From contig CAAGAC010000030.1 of assembly GCA_900767695.1 (NCBI GenBank), positions 48,728 through 112,727 of the forward strand: a stretch of 64,000 nt of DNA. Reading direction: 5' to 3'. Positions 1-13,599 of this stretch are shown here, piece by piece. The DNA is from an uncultured Succinivibrio sp. (GTDB taxonomy: Bacteria; Pseudomonadota; Gammaproteobacteria; Enterobacterales; Succinivibrionaceae). The stretch's first letter is position 1. Each line of letters opens with the position of its first letter. A program made the position numbers and the translations under genes. Under the pieces are notes generated by a model. That model saw only the letters and a list, made by a program, of their open reading frames with translations, had not been told where the DNA came from and ran no database searches.

Positions 1-68
1 TGGTCCTGGGCTTCACCTCCGAGGAGGAGTTCAACCGCATCATGGACATACTTGATCTCAAGGCCTGA
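1..68 (+). CDS. parB: Probable ParB-family chromosome partitioning protein, 3' end only
   Basis: Frame from position 3 reads VLGFTSEEEFNRIMDILDLKA* (TGA 66-68). This resembles the ParB C-terminal helix, and parB-atpI adjacency is known in Vibrio-like genomes. Only 21 codons are visible. Confidence 0.55.
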   Translation, partial: VLGFTSEEEFNRIMDILDLKA

Positions 69-70
69 GC

Positions 71-475
71 TTGGCGCATAGATCAGGAAAGGCGGTGAGG
101 CCATCCCCTGCAGTCTGGGCGGCCATGCCCGTAGCAATGCCGGCGCTGTTCCTAGGAGCCGCGCTTGCGACTGGCAGGCCGCCCTTGATGTGCATGCTGT
201 CGGCGCTTCTAGGGGCGGCTTCATGCTCCATCCCGCAGCTTGCGGCAATCCTTATTTCAAGGCGCCATGACTCCATCACCGACAAGCCCGGGCTTGTCCT
301 ATATGATGGAATTTATGCGATCTTGCTTAAATACATGATAATGATATTTTTATTTATCTGTATTTTTAAGTTTGGTAAAATAGATAACCTAATATTTATA
401 TTGTCTTTTGTTTTTTCAGAAATTTGTGGAGTCGCCCTGCAACTATGCATTTTTCTTAGAAAAGACAATTATTAG
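71..475 (+). CDS. atpI: ATP synthase protein I-like membrane protein
   Basis: 134-aa hydrophobic ORF with about 4 TM segments, directly upstream of atpB. Start codon uncertain. Confidence 0.65.
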   Translation: MAHRSGKAVRPSPAVWAAMPVAMPALFLGAALATGRPPLMCMLSALLGAASCSIPQLAAILISRRHDSITDKPGLVLYDGIYAILLKYMIMIFLFICIFKFGKIDNLIFILSFVFSEICGVALQLCIFLRKDNY

Positions 476-478
476 AGT

Positions 479-507
479 TTGACAAAAAAAGCTGTTTGTC
501 GTAACGT
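479..507 (+). promoter_or_regulatory. Putative sigma-70 promoter for atpB-atpC
   Basis: Perfect TTGACA (479-484), 17-nt spacer, TAACGT (502-507), with an AT-rich upstream region. Confidence 0.55.
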
Positions 508-524
508 CAAATCTAGCGCAATAG

Positions 525-1517
<993 letters not shown>

Positions 1518-1530
1518 TTCATTGTTTTAA

Positions 1531-1773
<243 letters not shown>

Positions 1774-1815
1774 CCCCGAAGCCTTACCAAGGTTCAATGA
1801 AAAGGGGGCACTAAG

Positions 1816-2286
1816 TTGGAAATTAACGCCACATTCCTGGGACAGGCCGTAGCCTTCCTCATCTTTGCGGTTGTGTGCATGAAGTACATATGGCCGCCCC
1901 TGATGAATGCCATCGACAAGCGCCAGAAGGAGATCGCCGACGGCCTCTCCAACGCTGAGAAGGCCAAGAAGACCCTCGAGCTTGCCACCTCCGGCGCCAA
2001 GGACGCGATCCGCGACGCCAGGGCCGAAGCCCAGAAGATCATCGACGAGGCCAACAAGCAGCGCGCCGACATCATCGACAAGGCCCAGCAGGAGGCCCTT
2101 GGCGAGAAGCAGAAGATCATCGCCCAGGGAAGGGCCGAGATCGAAGCCGAGCGCAATAAGGCCCTCGAGGATCTGCGCGCGCAGATCTCCGAGCTCGCCG
2201 TTGAAGGCGCAGCCAGGATCCTGATGGAGAAGGCCGGCCCGGCAACCGACGCCGCTGCGGTCAAGAGCATTGAAAACGCTCTGTAG
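1816..2286 (+). CDS. atpF: F0F1 ATP synthase subunit b
   Basis: INATFLGQ...[22 protein letters not shown]; 156 aa; TTG start. Confidence 0.97.
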   Translation: MEINATFLGQAVAFLIFAVVCMKYIWPPLMNAIDKRQKEIADGLSNAEKAKKTLELATSGAKDAIRDARAEAQKIIDEANKQRADIIDKAQQEALGEKQKIIAQGRAEIEAERNKALEDLRAQISELAVEGAARILMEKAGPATDAAAVKSIENAL

Positions 2287-2300
2287 GGGACGGTGCGGCA

Positions 2301-2831
2301 ATGGCTGAAAACGTAACTGTTGCAAGGCCCTACGCCGAGGCCGTGTTCGGCCTCGCCCTCCAGGGCAAGTCGCTGGACAAGTGGCAGAACACCCTTCTTG
2401 CCATGTCCGAGGCATGCAGCGATCCCTACTTCATGGCTTTCCTCAAGAACAGCACGAGCCCGCAGGACGCGGCCGAGTGCCTGATAAGGCTCCTCGACGG
2501 AATAATCGACGACGAGGGGAAGAACTTCATCAGGCTCCTGGGCGAGAACGGCAGGTTCGAGGTCGTCCCGCAGATCTACGAGCTCTTCAAGAAGCTGCGC
2601 GACGAGCACGACAAGGTCCTCGACGCCGAGCTGGTGTCGGCAAGGAAGCTTGGCGATGCCGAGATCAAGGCTCTCAAGGAAAGGCTTGCATCGAAGTACG
2701 GCTGCAGCGTGAACCTCTCATCCCGGATCGATCCGGCGCTGATAGGCGGCGCGGTGCTGAAGATCGGCGACAAAGTCTATGACGCAAGTGTGAAGACCAG
2801 CCTGCAAAGGCTCTCTTCGACCCTAAGATAG
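2301..2831 (+). CDS. atpH: F0F1 ATP synthase subunit delta
   Basis: TVARPYAEA and IDPALIGG...DASV motifs. Confidence 0.97.
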   Translation: MAENVTVARPYAEAVFGLALQGKSLDKWQNTLLAMSEACSDPYFMAFLKNSTSPQDAAECLIRLLDGIIDDEGKNFIRLLGENGRFEVVPQIYELFKKLRDEHDKVLDAELVSARKLGDAEIKALKERLASKYGCSVNLSSRIDPALIGGAVLKIGDKVYDASVKTSLQRLSSTLR

Positions 2832-2845
2832 GAAAGGGGAAGATA

Positions 2846-4387
<1,542 letters not shown>

Positions 4388-4395
4388 GAGATTGC

Positions 4396-6691
<2,296 letters not shown>

Positions 6692-6712
6692 CCGTAAGGG
6701 GGAGACACGCTG

Positions 6713-7141
6713 ATGGATACATTTGCGTTTCAGCTTGAGGTGGTTAGCGGCGTAGGCTCGCTCTACTCGGGCAAGGTCAAGTCGGTGCGCGTCACCGGCA
6801 GCGAAGGCGAGCTGGGCATCAGGTACGGCCACACGCCGCTCCTGACGACCATCAGGACCGGACTCGTGTCGTTCATTGACGAGAACGACAAGGAGGATCA
6901 GATCTACCTCGCAGGCGGCGTGCTCGAGGTCCAGCCCGAGACCACCACCATCCTTGCCGACACCGCCCTGAGGGCCGACGACATCGACGAGGCCAAGGCC
7001 AAGGAGGCCATCGACGCCGCCAAGGACGTCATGGCCAGGCACAACACCGGCGACAAAGATTACAACAATGCCGCCGCAAGGCTTGCCGACGCCATGGCAA
7101 GGCTCAAGGTCGTGGACATCGCCAGAACCCGCAGGAAGTGA
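6713..7141 (+). CDS. atpC: F0F1 ATP synthase subunit epsilon
   Basis: GSEGELGI..GHTPLLT, GGVLEVQP, LADTA motifs. Confidence 0.98.
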   Translation: MDTFAFQLEVVSGVGSLYSGKVKSVRVTGSEGELGIRYGHTPLLTTIRTGLVSFIDENDKEDQIYLAGGVLEVQPETTTILADTALRADDIDEAKAKEAIDAAKDVMARHNTGDKDYNNAAARLADAMARLKVVDIARTRRK

Positions 7142-7163
7142 GCCTCAAGGCATCCTGAATAAA

Positions 7164-7190
7164 GCGGGGAGCGCCAGTGGCGCTCCCCGT
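7164..7190. terminator. Hairpin between convergent atpC and rpoH (likely bidirectional terminator)
   Basis: GCGGGGAGCGCCA/TGGCGCTCCCCGT inverted repeat flanked by AATAAA and TTGTG. Confidence 0.7.
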
Positions 7191-7215
7191 TGTGTATCCG
7201 CATGGCGCGGCCAAG

Positions 7216-8316
7216 TCAGGCTTCGCTTGGCTTGGCGTCAGCTACGGCAGGAAGATCCTTTGCGGCATCGCCATCCTTGCCGTCGCCTTCCTTTAAGGCA
7301 GCCTTGCGGCTGCCCTTAGGCTTCCTTGAGGCTGTCTTTTTGGTGCCTGCAGCCTTCCTTGCAGCGCGCTTGCGCTTGGGCGGTTGGGCCTCTGCGGTGG
7401 CGTCGACAAGCGCCTTCTGCTGCTGCTCAGCTCCGCTTAAGAGCGCGGACTTTATCTTCTTGAGGCCGGCAGCCTCTATCTGGCGCACCCTCTCGACCGA
7501 GATGTGAAGCTCGTCGGCAAGCTCCTGCAAGGTTGCCTTGCTCTCCTCTAGCCAGCGCTTCTGGATGATGGTGCGGGTGCGGCTGTCTAGCGACTCCAGG
7601 GCCTGGGAGAGGCGGTTGAGCTCGAAGCTCTTGTAGTCGTTGTTCTCGAAGGTCTTTGCAAAATTGGAGTTCTCGTCCTCAAGGTAGGCTGCCGGGGCGA
7701 AGCTCGGCTTGTCCGAGGATGAGTCGTCCTCGCCCTCGTAGCCTATGTCCTGGCCGGCAAGCCTCGTCTCCATCTCGGCGACGTCCTTCTCGGAGACGTC
7801 GAGATCATTTGCAACCTTCTCGCGCTCGTCCTGGGTGAACCACCCCAGGTGCTTCTTGTTCTGCCTGAGCTTGAAGAACAGCTTGCGCTGTGCCTTGGTT
7901 GTTGCCACCTTGACCATTCGCCAGTTCTTGATGACATAGTCGTGGATCTCGGCCTTGATCCAGTGGACGGCGAATGGCGCCAGGCGCCCTCCCACATCGG
8001 GATCGAAGTGCTTGACCGCCTTCATGAGGCCGATGTTGCCTTCCTGGATGAGATCGGCGATGGGAAGCCCGTATCCCGCGTAGCCGCGGGCCACGCTCAC
8101 GACAAGCCTTAAGTGCGAGAGCACGAGCTTTCTCGCAGCCTCGATGTCGCCGTAGTCGCGCAGGCGCCTTGCGAGGCTGCGCTCGTCCTCCTCCTCGAGC
8201 ATCGGGACCTGGTTGATGACCCGGACATAGCTCTCGAGGTTCCCGACGGGAGCGAGCATCATCTGGCGCTCGCCAGCGACCTCCTTGAGCGGCTCTTGCT
8301 TCTGATCGCCTGCCAT
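7216..8316 (-). CDS. rpoH: RNA polymerase sigma-32 factor with 73-aa C-terminal extension
   Basis: DLIQEGNIGLMKAV, RpoH box VKVATTKAQRKLFFKLR, region 4 TLQELA...SVERVRQIE. Confidence 0.97.
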   Translation of the reverse strand: MAGDQKQEPLKEVAGERQMMLAPVGNLESYVRVINQVPMLEEEDERSLARRLRDYGDIEAARKLVLSHLRLVVSVARGYAGYGLPIADLIQEGNIGLMKAVKHFDPDVGGRLAPFAVHWIKAEIHDYVIKNWRMVKVATTKAQRKLFFKLRQNKKHLGWFTQDEREKVANDLDVSEKDVAEMETRLAGQDIGYEGEDDSSSDKPSFAPAAYLEDENSNFAKTFENNDYKSFELNRLSQALESLDSRTRTIIQKRWLEESKATLQELADELHISVERVRQIEAAGLKKIKSALLSGAEQQQKALVDATAEAQPPKRKRAARKAAGTKKTASRKPKGSRKAALKEGDGKDGDAAKDLPAVADAKPSEA

Positions 8317-8321
8317 CTTTG

Positions 8322-9521
8322 TCAGCCTATGACCGCGTCTGTGAAGGCGCGGGCATCAAACAGCCTGAGATCCTCTGCCTTCTCGCCGATGCCGACGAAG
8401 CGCAGCGGGATCTTGAACTCGTCGCACAGCGCGTAGACCACGCCGCCCTTGGCGGTGCCGTCGAGCTTGGTGATGGTGATCCCGGTGACCTTGACGGCCT
8501 CCGAGAAGAGCCTCACCTGGGACACGGCGTTCTGGCCGGTGGTGGCGTCTAGCACCAGCATCACCTCGTCGGGGGCCGACTCGTCGATCTTCTTCATGAC
8601 GCGGACAATTTTGCGCAGCTCCTCCATCAGGTTCTCCTTGTTCTGGAGCCTGCCTGCGGTATCGCAGATGAGGACGTCGGCCTTTCTGGCGATCGCGGAG
8701 TTGAGCGCGTCGTAGATGACGGACGCGGAGTCTGATCCCGTGGCCTGCGCGATCACCGGAACATTGGCGCGGCGGCCCCATTCCTGGAGCTGCTCGACGG
8801 CGGCGGCGCGGAAGGTGTCGCCTGCGGCGAGCATCACCTTGAGGCCCTGGGCGAGGAACTTGCCTGCAAGCTTGCCGATGGTGGTGGTCTTGCCGGCGCC
8901 GTTGACGCCGACCATGAGTATGACGTAGGGCTTCTTGCCCGATGCCTTGGGATCAAGCGGCCTGGCGCAGGGCTCGACTATGGAGTCTAGGATCTCGCGC
9001 AGGTTGTCCTTGAGCGCGCCGGCATCGTGCAGATCGCGGAGCTTGGACTGCTCGCGAAGCCTCTCTATGACCTTCGAGGTGGTGTCGACGCCAAGATCGG
9101 CGGTGAGCAGCGAGGTCTCTAGATCCTCGTATAGCTCCTCGCTGATCTTCTTGCCGTGGACCAGGGCCTCGAGGCCGTAGGAGATGTTCTGGCGGGTGCG
9201 CTTGAGCCTTTCAAAGAAGGAAGCCTTCGGCTTGGGAGACTCTTCCTTCTTTTCAGATGGCTGCTCCTTGCTATCCTGCTCCAGAGACTTCCCATCGGCA
9301 GCCTCAAGGCTGCCTTCAGGCTGCCTTGAGACAGCCTTCAGGCTGTCATCCGAGGGAGAGTGCGCCTTCTCCCCGGCGGGCGCTTTTTCTTCGGGAGCGG
9401 CATCCTGGGGCCTTGCCTCGGCGGTGGATGCCAGGGCCTGGCCTTGCTCGCCGACGGGCTTTTGCGCCTCGTCATTCTTGTCCTTGCCCTTCTTTTCCCC
9501 GAATATGCGAAATATCGACAT
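8322..9521 (-). CDS. ftsY: Signal recognition particle receptor FtsY
   Basis: Acidic N-terminal region, GVNGAGKTTTIGKLA, DTFRAAA, DTAGR, TKLDGTAKGG. Confidence 0.98.
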   Translation of the reverse strand: MSIFRIFGEKKGKDKNDEAQKPVGEQGQALASTAEARPQDAAPEEKAPAGEKAHSPSDDSLKAVSRQPEGSLEAADGKSLEQDSKEQPSEKKEESPKPKASFFERLKRTRQNISYGLEALVHGKKISEELYEDLETSLLTADLGVDTTSKVIERLREQSKLRDLHDAGALKDNLREILDSIVEPCARPLDPKASGKKPYVILMVGVNGAGKTTTIGKLAGKFLAQGLKVMLAAGDTFRAAAVEQLQEWGRRANVPVIAQATGSDSASVIYDALNSAIARKADVLICDTAGRLQNKENLMEELRKIVRVMKKIDESAPDEVMLVLDATTGQNAVSQVRLFSEAVKVTGITITKLDGTAKGGVVYALCDEFKIPLRFVGIGEKAEDLRLFDARAFTDAVIG

Positions 9522-9788
9522 GCGATCTCCTGGTGGCGCCTGGGCGCAGGATTGATTGCGCCTGAGCTGCTTTCAATTTCATGGGATGGCTTGCCGCCGC
9601 CAGCTTAAGCGGGGCATGAGCGGCAGTTTAGTCAGGCGCTTCATGATTATCAACGGCTCTGCCGTATGATCGTGGAAGGCGTCAGCCGCATGGCGGACGC
9701 TTCATCAATGATATTGCTTTATGGCCCGATTAGGCCCGTCCCTGGGCTGTTTTTGCGGGATTTTCGCAGTGCGCGGGAGATTTAACGG

Positions 9789-10349
9789 ATGGAAGAGAGC
9801 AGGCACGAGGTGAGGATTGCAGGCGGCAGGCTGCGCGGAAGGATGCTCAGGGTGCTCGACGCCGAGGGACTGAGGCCCACGCCCGACCGGGTGCGCGAGA
9901 GCGTTTTCAACTGGCTTGGTGACAGCTGCAATGGCGCGCGCGTGCTCGACCTGTTCTCAGGAAGCGGCGCGATGGGCATCGAGGCCTACTCGCGCGGCGC
10001 ATCATCGGTGACGCTCGTGGAGAACAACCCCGAGTGCGCGCAGCTCCTTCGAGAGGAGTGCGACGGGTTCGAGGAGGTCGAGGTGGTGGAGTCGGACGCG
10101 CTTTCCTATCTTGACCGCGCCGAAGGCACATTCAGCCTCGTCTTCCTCGATCCGCCCTACAGATCAGGCCTGCTTGCCAAGGCCCTGAGGAAGCTCGCCT
10201 CGCGCGGCCTCATCAGCGCCTCGACCATCCTCTACGTCGAGATGAGCGCCTCCGACTCCATCAGCGTGCCTGGCTACGAGTGCATCCGCGAGCAGGCGGC
10301 AGGCCAGGTCAAGTTTGCGCTGTGGAAAAAAAGCTCCCTGCTGCTTTGA
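9789..10349 (+). CDS. rsmD: 16S rRNA m2G966 methyltransferase
   Basis: VRIAGG..RGR, LRPTPDRVRESVFNWL, LDLFSGSG, FLDPPY; divergent from ftsY as usual. Confidence 0.96.
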   Translation: MEESRHEVRIAGGRLRGRMLRVLDAEGLRPTPDRVRESVFNWLGDSCNGARVLDLFSGSGAMGIEAYSRGASSVTLVENNPECAQLLREECDGFEEVEVVESDALSYLDRAEGTFSLVFLDPPYRSGLLAKALRKLASRGLISASTILYVEMSASDSISVPGYECIREQAAGQVKFALWKKSSLLL

Positions 10350-10388
10350 GCACCAGGGAGCCTTGCCTAGACAGGATCTTTTAGTGGC

Positions 10389-11444
10389 TTATTCAGGCTT
10401 GTAGCCGTTGAAGTCGTACTCGACCTTCATGGTCGAGGGCGACAGGGCCGCTTCCATGCCCTCGACGCACTTGGAGGCGTCGAAGGAGGCGGAGAGCAGT
10501 GGCAGCGGGTTGATCAGGCCGCGGTCGAGGGCCGAGACGACAGCCGGGAACTCGTCGTAGAAGCGGAACACGGAGTGCCACTTGATGCCCTTGACGGCAA
10601 ACTGGCCGAAGTCCTTGGGCTCGTGGCCGACGCCGTACATGCCGACCTGGGCGATGATGGCGGTCGGGCGGACCAGCTTCATCAGCTGGGCGCAGGCAAA
10701 GCCGTTGCCGGTGGCCTCGATGCCGAGATCGAAGCTGCCCTTGTGCTCGCACCACTTCTCGATCTGCTCGGGGTTCTCCTTGGAGTTGCAGACCACGTCC
10801 GCGCCCATCTGCTGGGCGACCTTCAATGTCTCGGAGCGGATGTCGATGGCGGTGACGCTGGAGGCGCCGAGGGTCTTGGCGGCGGCGACGCAGAGGCAGC
10901 CGATCGGGCCGGCGCCCATCACGACCACGCTCTTGCCAAGCAGGTTGCCCAGGGCGTTGATGCCGCTGTAGGCGATCCCCAGGGGCTCGGCGAAGGCGCC
11001 GACCTCGGGCTTTAGGTGGTGGACGACGCCGCACTGGGTCTCATGGACGGTCACGTAGTCGGCGAAGAGGCCGGTGGTGTGCGGGAAGAGGGCGGCGGAG
11101 CCCAAGTGCTGCACGTGCTCGCAGTAGGTGTACATGTGGCGCTGGCAGTAGTAGCACTTGAAGCAGGGGCGGGCGGGCCTCATGACGACCATGTCGCCCT
11201 TCTTGACGGTGGTGACCTCGGGACCGACTTCCTCGACGATGCCGCAGCCCTCGTGGCCGATGGTCAGGGGCTCCCTGACGACAATGGCCGAGCCGTTGCT
11301 GCCCTGGGTGTAGTAGTGCTGGTCGGATCCGCAGATGCCGCCGGTCAGCATCTTGACGATCACCTCGTGCGGATCGTTGATCTTTGCGTCGGGCACGTCC
11401 TCGAAACGGAGGTCCAGCTTCTTGTGAAGAACAATGGCTTTCAT
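10389..11444 (-). CDS. Zn-dependent medium-chain dehydrogenase, L-idonate 5-dehydrogenase (IdnD)-like
   Basis: GICGSD, GHE, CxxCxxCx7C structural Zn site, AFAEPL, GAGPIG; C-terminal FRF..EF...INPLPLLSA resembles IdnD. Substrate unproven. Confidence 0.8.
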   Translation of the reverse strand: MKAIVLHKKLDLRFEDVPDAKINDPHEVIVKMLTGGICGSDQHYYTQGSNGSAIVVREPLTIGHEGCGIVEEVGPEVTTVKKGDMVVMRPARPCFKCYYCQRHMYTYCEHVQHLGSAALFPHTTGLFADYVTVHETQCGVVHHLKPEVGAFAEPLGIAYSGINALGNLLGKSVVVMGAGPIGCLCVAAAKTLGASSVTAIDIRSETLKVAQQMGADVVCNSKENPEQIEKWCEHKGSFDLGIEATGNGFACAQLMKLVRPTAIIAQVGMYGVGHEPKDFGQFAVKGIKWHSVFRFYDEFPAVVSALDRGLINPLPLLSASFDASKCVEGMEAALSPSTMKVEYDFNGYKPE

Positions 11445-11480
11445 CTTTTGCGTCCTATCCTGATTAAGTTGGCTAGTTGG

Positions 11481-11496
11481 ATGTTATTGGTAACAC
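11481..11496. promoter_or_regulatory. GntR (LacI-family gluconate repressor)-like operator
   Basis: ATGTTA-TTGG-TAACAC matches the ATGTTA-N4-TAACAT consensus, 36 nt upstream of the IdnD-like start. Confidence 0.6.
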
Positions 11497-11675
11497 TAAG
11501 GCTGATTTTAGAGCACGATTGCAGGAAAAAACGGTCTTGAACGCTGGATCCGAAGGTATCGGCGAGATTTGCCACATGGATCAAAAATACGGTCATATGG
11601 CGGAATTTGATCTGGTATATCAGGGCTTGGGCGAGGCGCTTTTGCCCATGATGCTTGGATCCAAGAACGGCTTTG

Positions 11676-12566
11676 TCAGCGCTTCTGGCGCCCTTCCTGC
11701 ACTAAGGTGCGGTGCCTCACCTGGGCCGCGACCCCTGCCTTGTTGAAGCGGTCTGCAAGCTGCTGGGCGATGTAGACGCTGCGGTGGCGCCCGCCGGTGC
11801 AGCCGATGGCCACGGTGAGGTAGCTGCGGTTGCTCTTCTCGATGGATTGGAGCCAGGTCGAGAGCAGGTTGTAGATCATATCGGCGTACCTGTCGACCTC
11901 GGGGTGCTCGTGGAAGAAGTCGATGATCGGCTGGTCCAGTCCCGTGTAGCTGCGAAGCTCCTTCTTCCAGAAGGGGTTTGGCAGGAAGCGCGAGTCGAAG
12001 ACGAAGTCGGCGTCCATCGCCAGCCCGTCCTTGAAGCCGAACGACTCGAAGATTATTACGAGCTTCTTCTCTGGCTTGCCCTGCACGAGCACGGTGATCT
12101 GGCGGGCAAGCTCGTGGATGGAGATGCTCGTGGTGTCGATCCTGAGATCTGCAACCGAGGAGATGCGCTGGAGCATGTCGCTCTCGCGGCTGATGGCCTC
12201 GTCAAGAGACAGGGACTTGAGCGACAAGGGGTGCAGGCGGCGCGACTCGGAGTAGCGGCGCACCAGGGCCTCGTCGCTGGCGTCGAGGTAGACGATGGTC
12301 GAGCGGATGTCAGGATCATGGCGGGCCGTGCGGTACAGCTCGCTCACCAGCGCCTGATCGCGCTCGCCCGAATGGAGGATGGTGCGGATGTCGATGGAGA
12401 CTGCGAGCTTTGGATAGTGCTCCTTGGCCATTGTGATGAGTTTGCCCAGGAACACCACCGGCAGGTTGTCGATGCAGTAGAAGCCGAGATCCTCAAGGAC
12501 CCTCAGCGCGACTGTTTTGCCCGAGCCTGAACGGCCGGAGATCACGAATAGCTGGACACTACCCAT
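11676..12566 (-). CDS. rapZ: RNase adapter RapZ
   Basis: SGRSGSGKT, EDLGFYCIDNLP, ESFGFK, RFLPNP, IGCTGGRHRSV. Confidence 0.97.
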   Translation of the reverse strand: MGSVQLFVISGRSGSGKTVALRVLEDLGFYCIDNLPVVFLGKLITMAKEHYPKLAVSIDIRTILHSGERDQALVSELYRTARHDPDIRSTIVYLDASDEALVRRYSESRRLHPLSLKSLSLDEAISRESDMLQRISSVADLRIDTTSISIHELARQITVLVQGKPEKKLVIIFESFGFKDGLAMDADFVFDSRFLPNPFWKKELRSYTGLDQPIIDFFHEHPEVDRYADMIYNLLSTWLQSIEKSNRSYLTVAIGCTGGRHRSVYIAQQLADRFNKAGVAAQVRHRTLVQEGRQKR

Positions 12567-12578
12567 TTCAAGCGGAGA

Positions 12579-13079
12579 TCATTCCTCTGCCTCGGCGCCG
12601 GGGCGGCTAGCCATCGAGTCCAGCATCGCGTCGGCCTGGCCTAGCAGCTTTCTGATCTTCCAGTCCTCGTTTCTGGCAAGCCTGAGCGAGTTCAGCAGAT
12701 CCTGGTTTGAGAACACGTCAGTGATGTTCTGCAGAAGCTGCGACACGGCGTCGCAGTCATCGTCTTCGCTCACAAAAAGAGTATACGCGATATCTATGCT
12801 CTGAGGGTCCGCGTCTATCGAGCTGAACGAGACCGGTGCGTCGAGTATGCTCAGTATCCCAAGCGTCCTGCTTATTCCCGGGACGGCGGCGTGCGGCAGG
12901 GCGATGCCGTTGTAGAAGACCGTGGTGCCGTACTCCTCGCGGGCGTTGAGCGCGCGGATGAGGGTGCCGCTGTCGGCCTTGAGCGCCTCGGAGGCGCAGT
13001 CGGCGATCTCCTCGAACAGCCGCTTGCGGCTGAAGCAGAACAGCGGCGACAGCACCAGGGAATTAGACAGGATCTTCAC
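12579..13079 (-). CDS. ptsN: PTS EIIA(Ntr)-like protein (divergent)
   Basis: SRKRLFE, REEYGTT..NGIALPHA (phospho-His), and position between hpf and rapZ. Confidence 0.85.
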   Translation of the reverse strand: MKILSNSLVLSPLFCFSRKRLFEEIADCASEALKADSGTLIRALNAREEYGTTVFYNGIALPHAAVPGISRTLGILSILDAPVSFSSIDADPQSIDIAYTLFVSEDDDCDAVSQLLQNITDVFSNQDLLNSLRLARNEDWKIRKLLGQADAMLDSMASRPGAEAEE

Positions 13080-13101
13080 GAGCGCGCCCTCCAGACACGG
13101 C

Positions 13102-13126
13102 GATGCCCCGCACCGGGCGGGGCATC
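13102..13126 (-). other. Intercistronic stem-loop after hpf
   Basis: GATGCCCCGC-ACCGG-GCGGGGCATC perfect 10-bp stem with no U-tract. Confidence 0.55.
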
Positions 13127-13148
13127 AATCATCTCACAAAGTCCAGGA

Positions 13149-13436
13149 TCATTCCTGCTTGAGCTTTTCCTTGTACTTGACAAGCTGGCGGTCGACCTTG
13201 TCGATGAGCCCGTCTATGGCCGGGTACATGCTCTCGGCCTCGGCCTCGGTGTGGAGGTTGCCGCCGGCAACCGCGACATCAGCCTTGGCGATGTGGGTCA
13301 GGTTGTCCACAGTCAAGGTGACGGTGATGGAAGTGACCAGCTCCCCCTTGCGCTCGAGCTTCTTGAACTTGTCGTTCACATAGTCCTTGAGAGCGTCAGT
13401 GAGCTTGATACCCACGCCTTGTACTTTCAACTGCAT
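13149..13436 (-). CDS. hpf: Ribosome hibernation promoting factor (short HPF)
   Basis: LTDALKDYV..KF.KL and MYPAIDGLIDKVDRQLVKYKEK; follows rpoN. Confidence 0.96.
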   Translation of the reverse strand: MQLKVQGVGIKLTDALKDYVNDKFKKLERKGELVTSITVTLTVDNLTHIAKADVAVAGGNLHTEAEAESMYPAIDGLIDKVDRQLVKYKEKLKQE

Positions 13437-13599
13437 ATTTCGTCCTTAATCCGGCTTTGCCGAATGGCGTCTTAACGCTGCATTCACAGCAGCTTCAATT
13501 TCATAATAAGGTCAACGCGGCAGCGTTTCAAAGCCATTGATCAAAATTTGAGGGGCAATGATCTGAATTTGTGACTGGCGCTTGATTGCAGCGCAAAAA

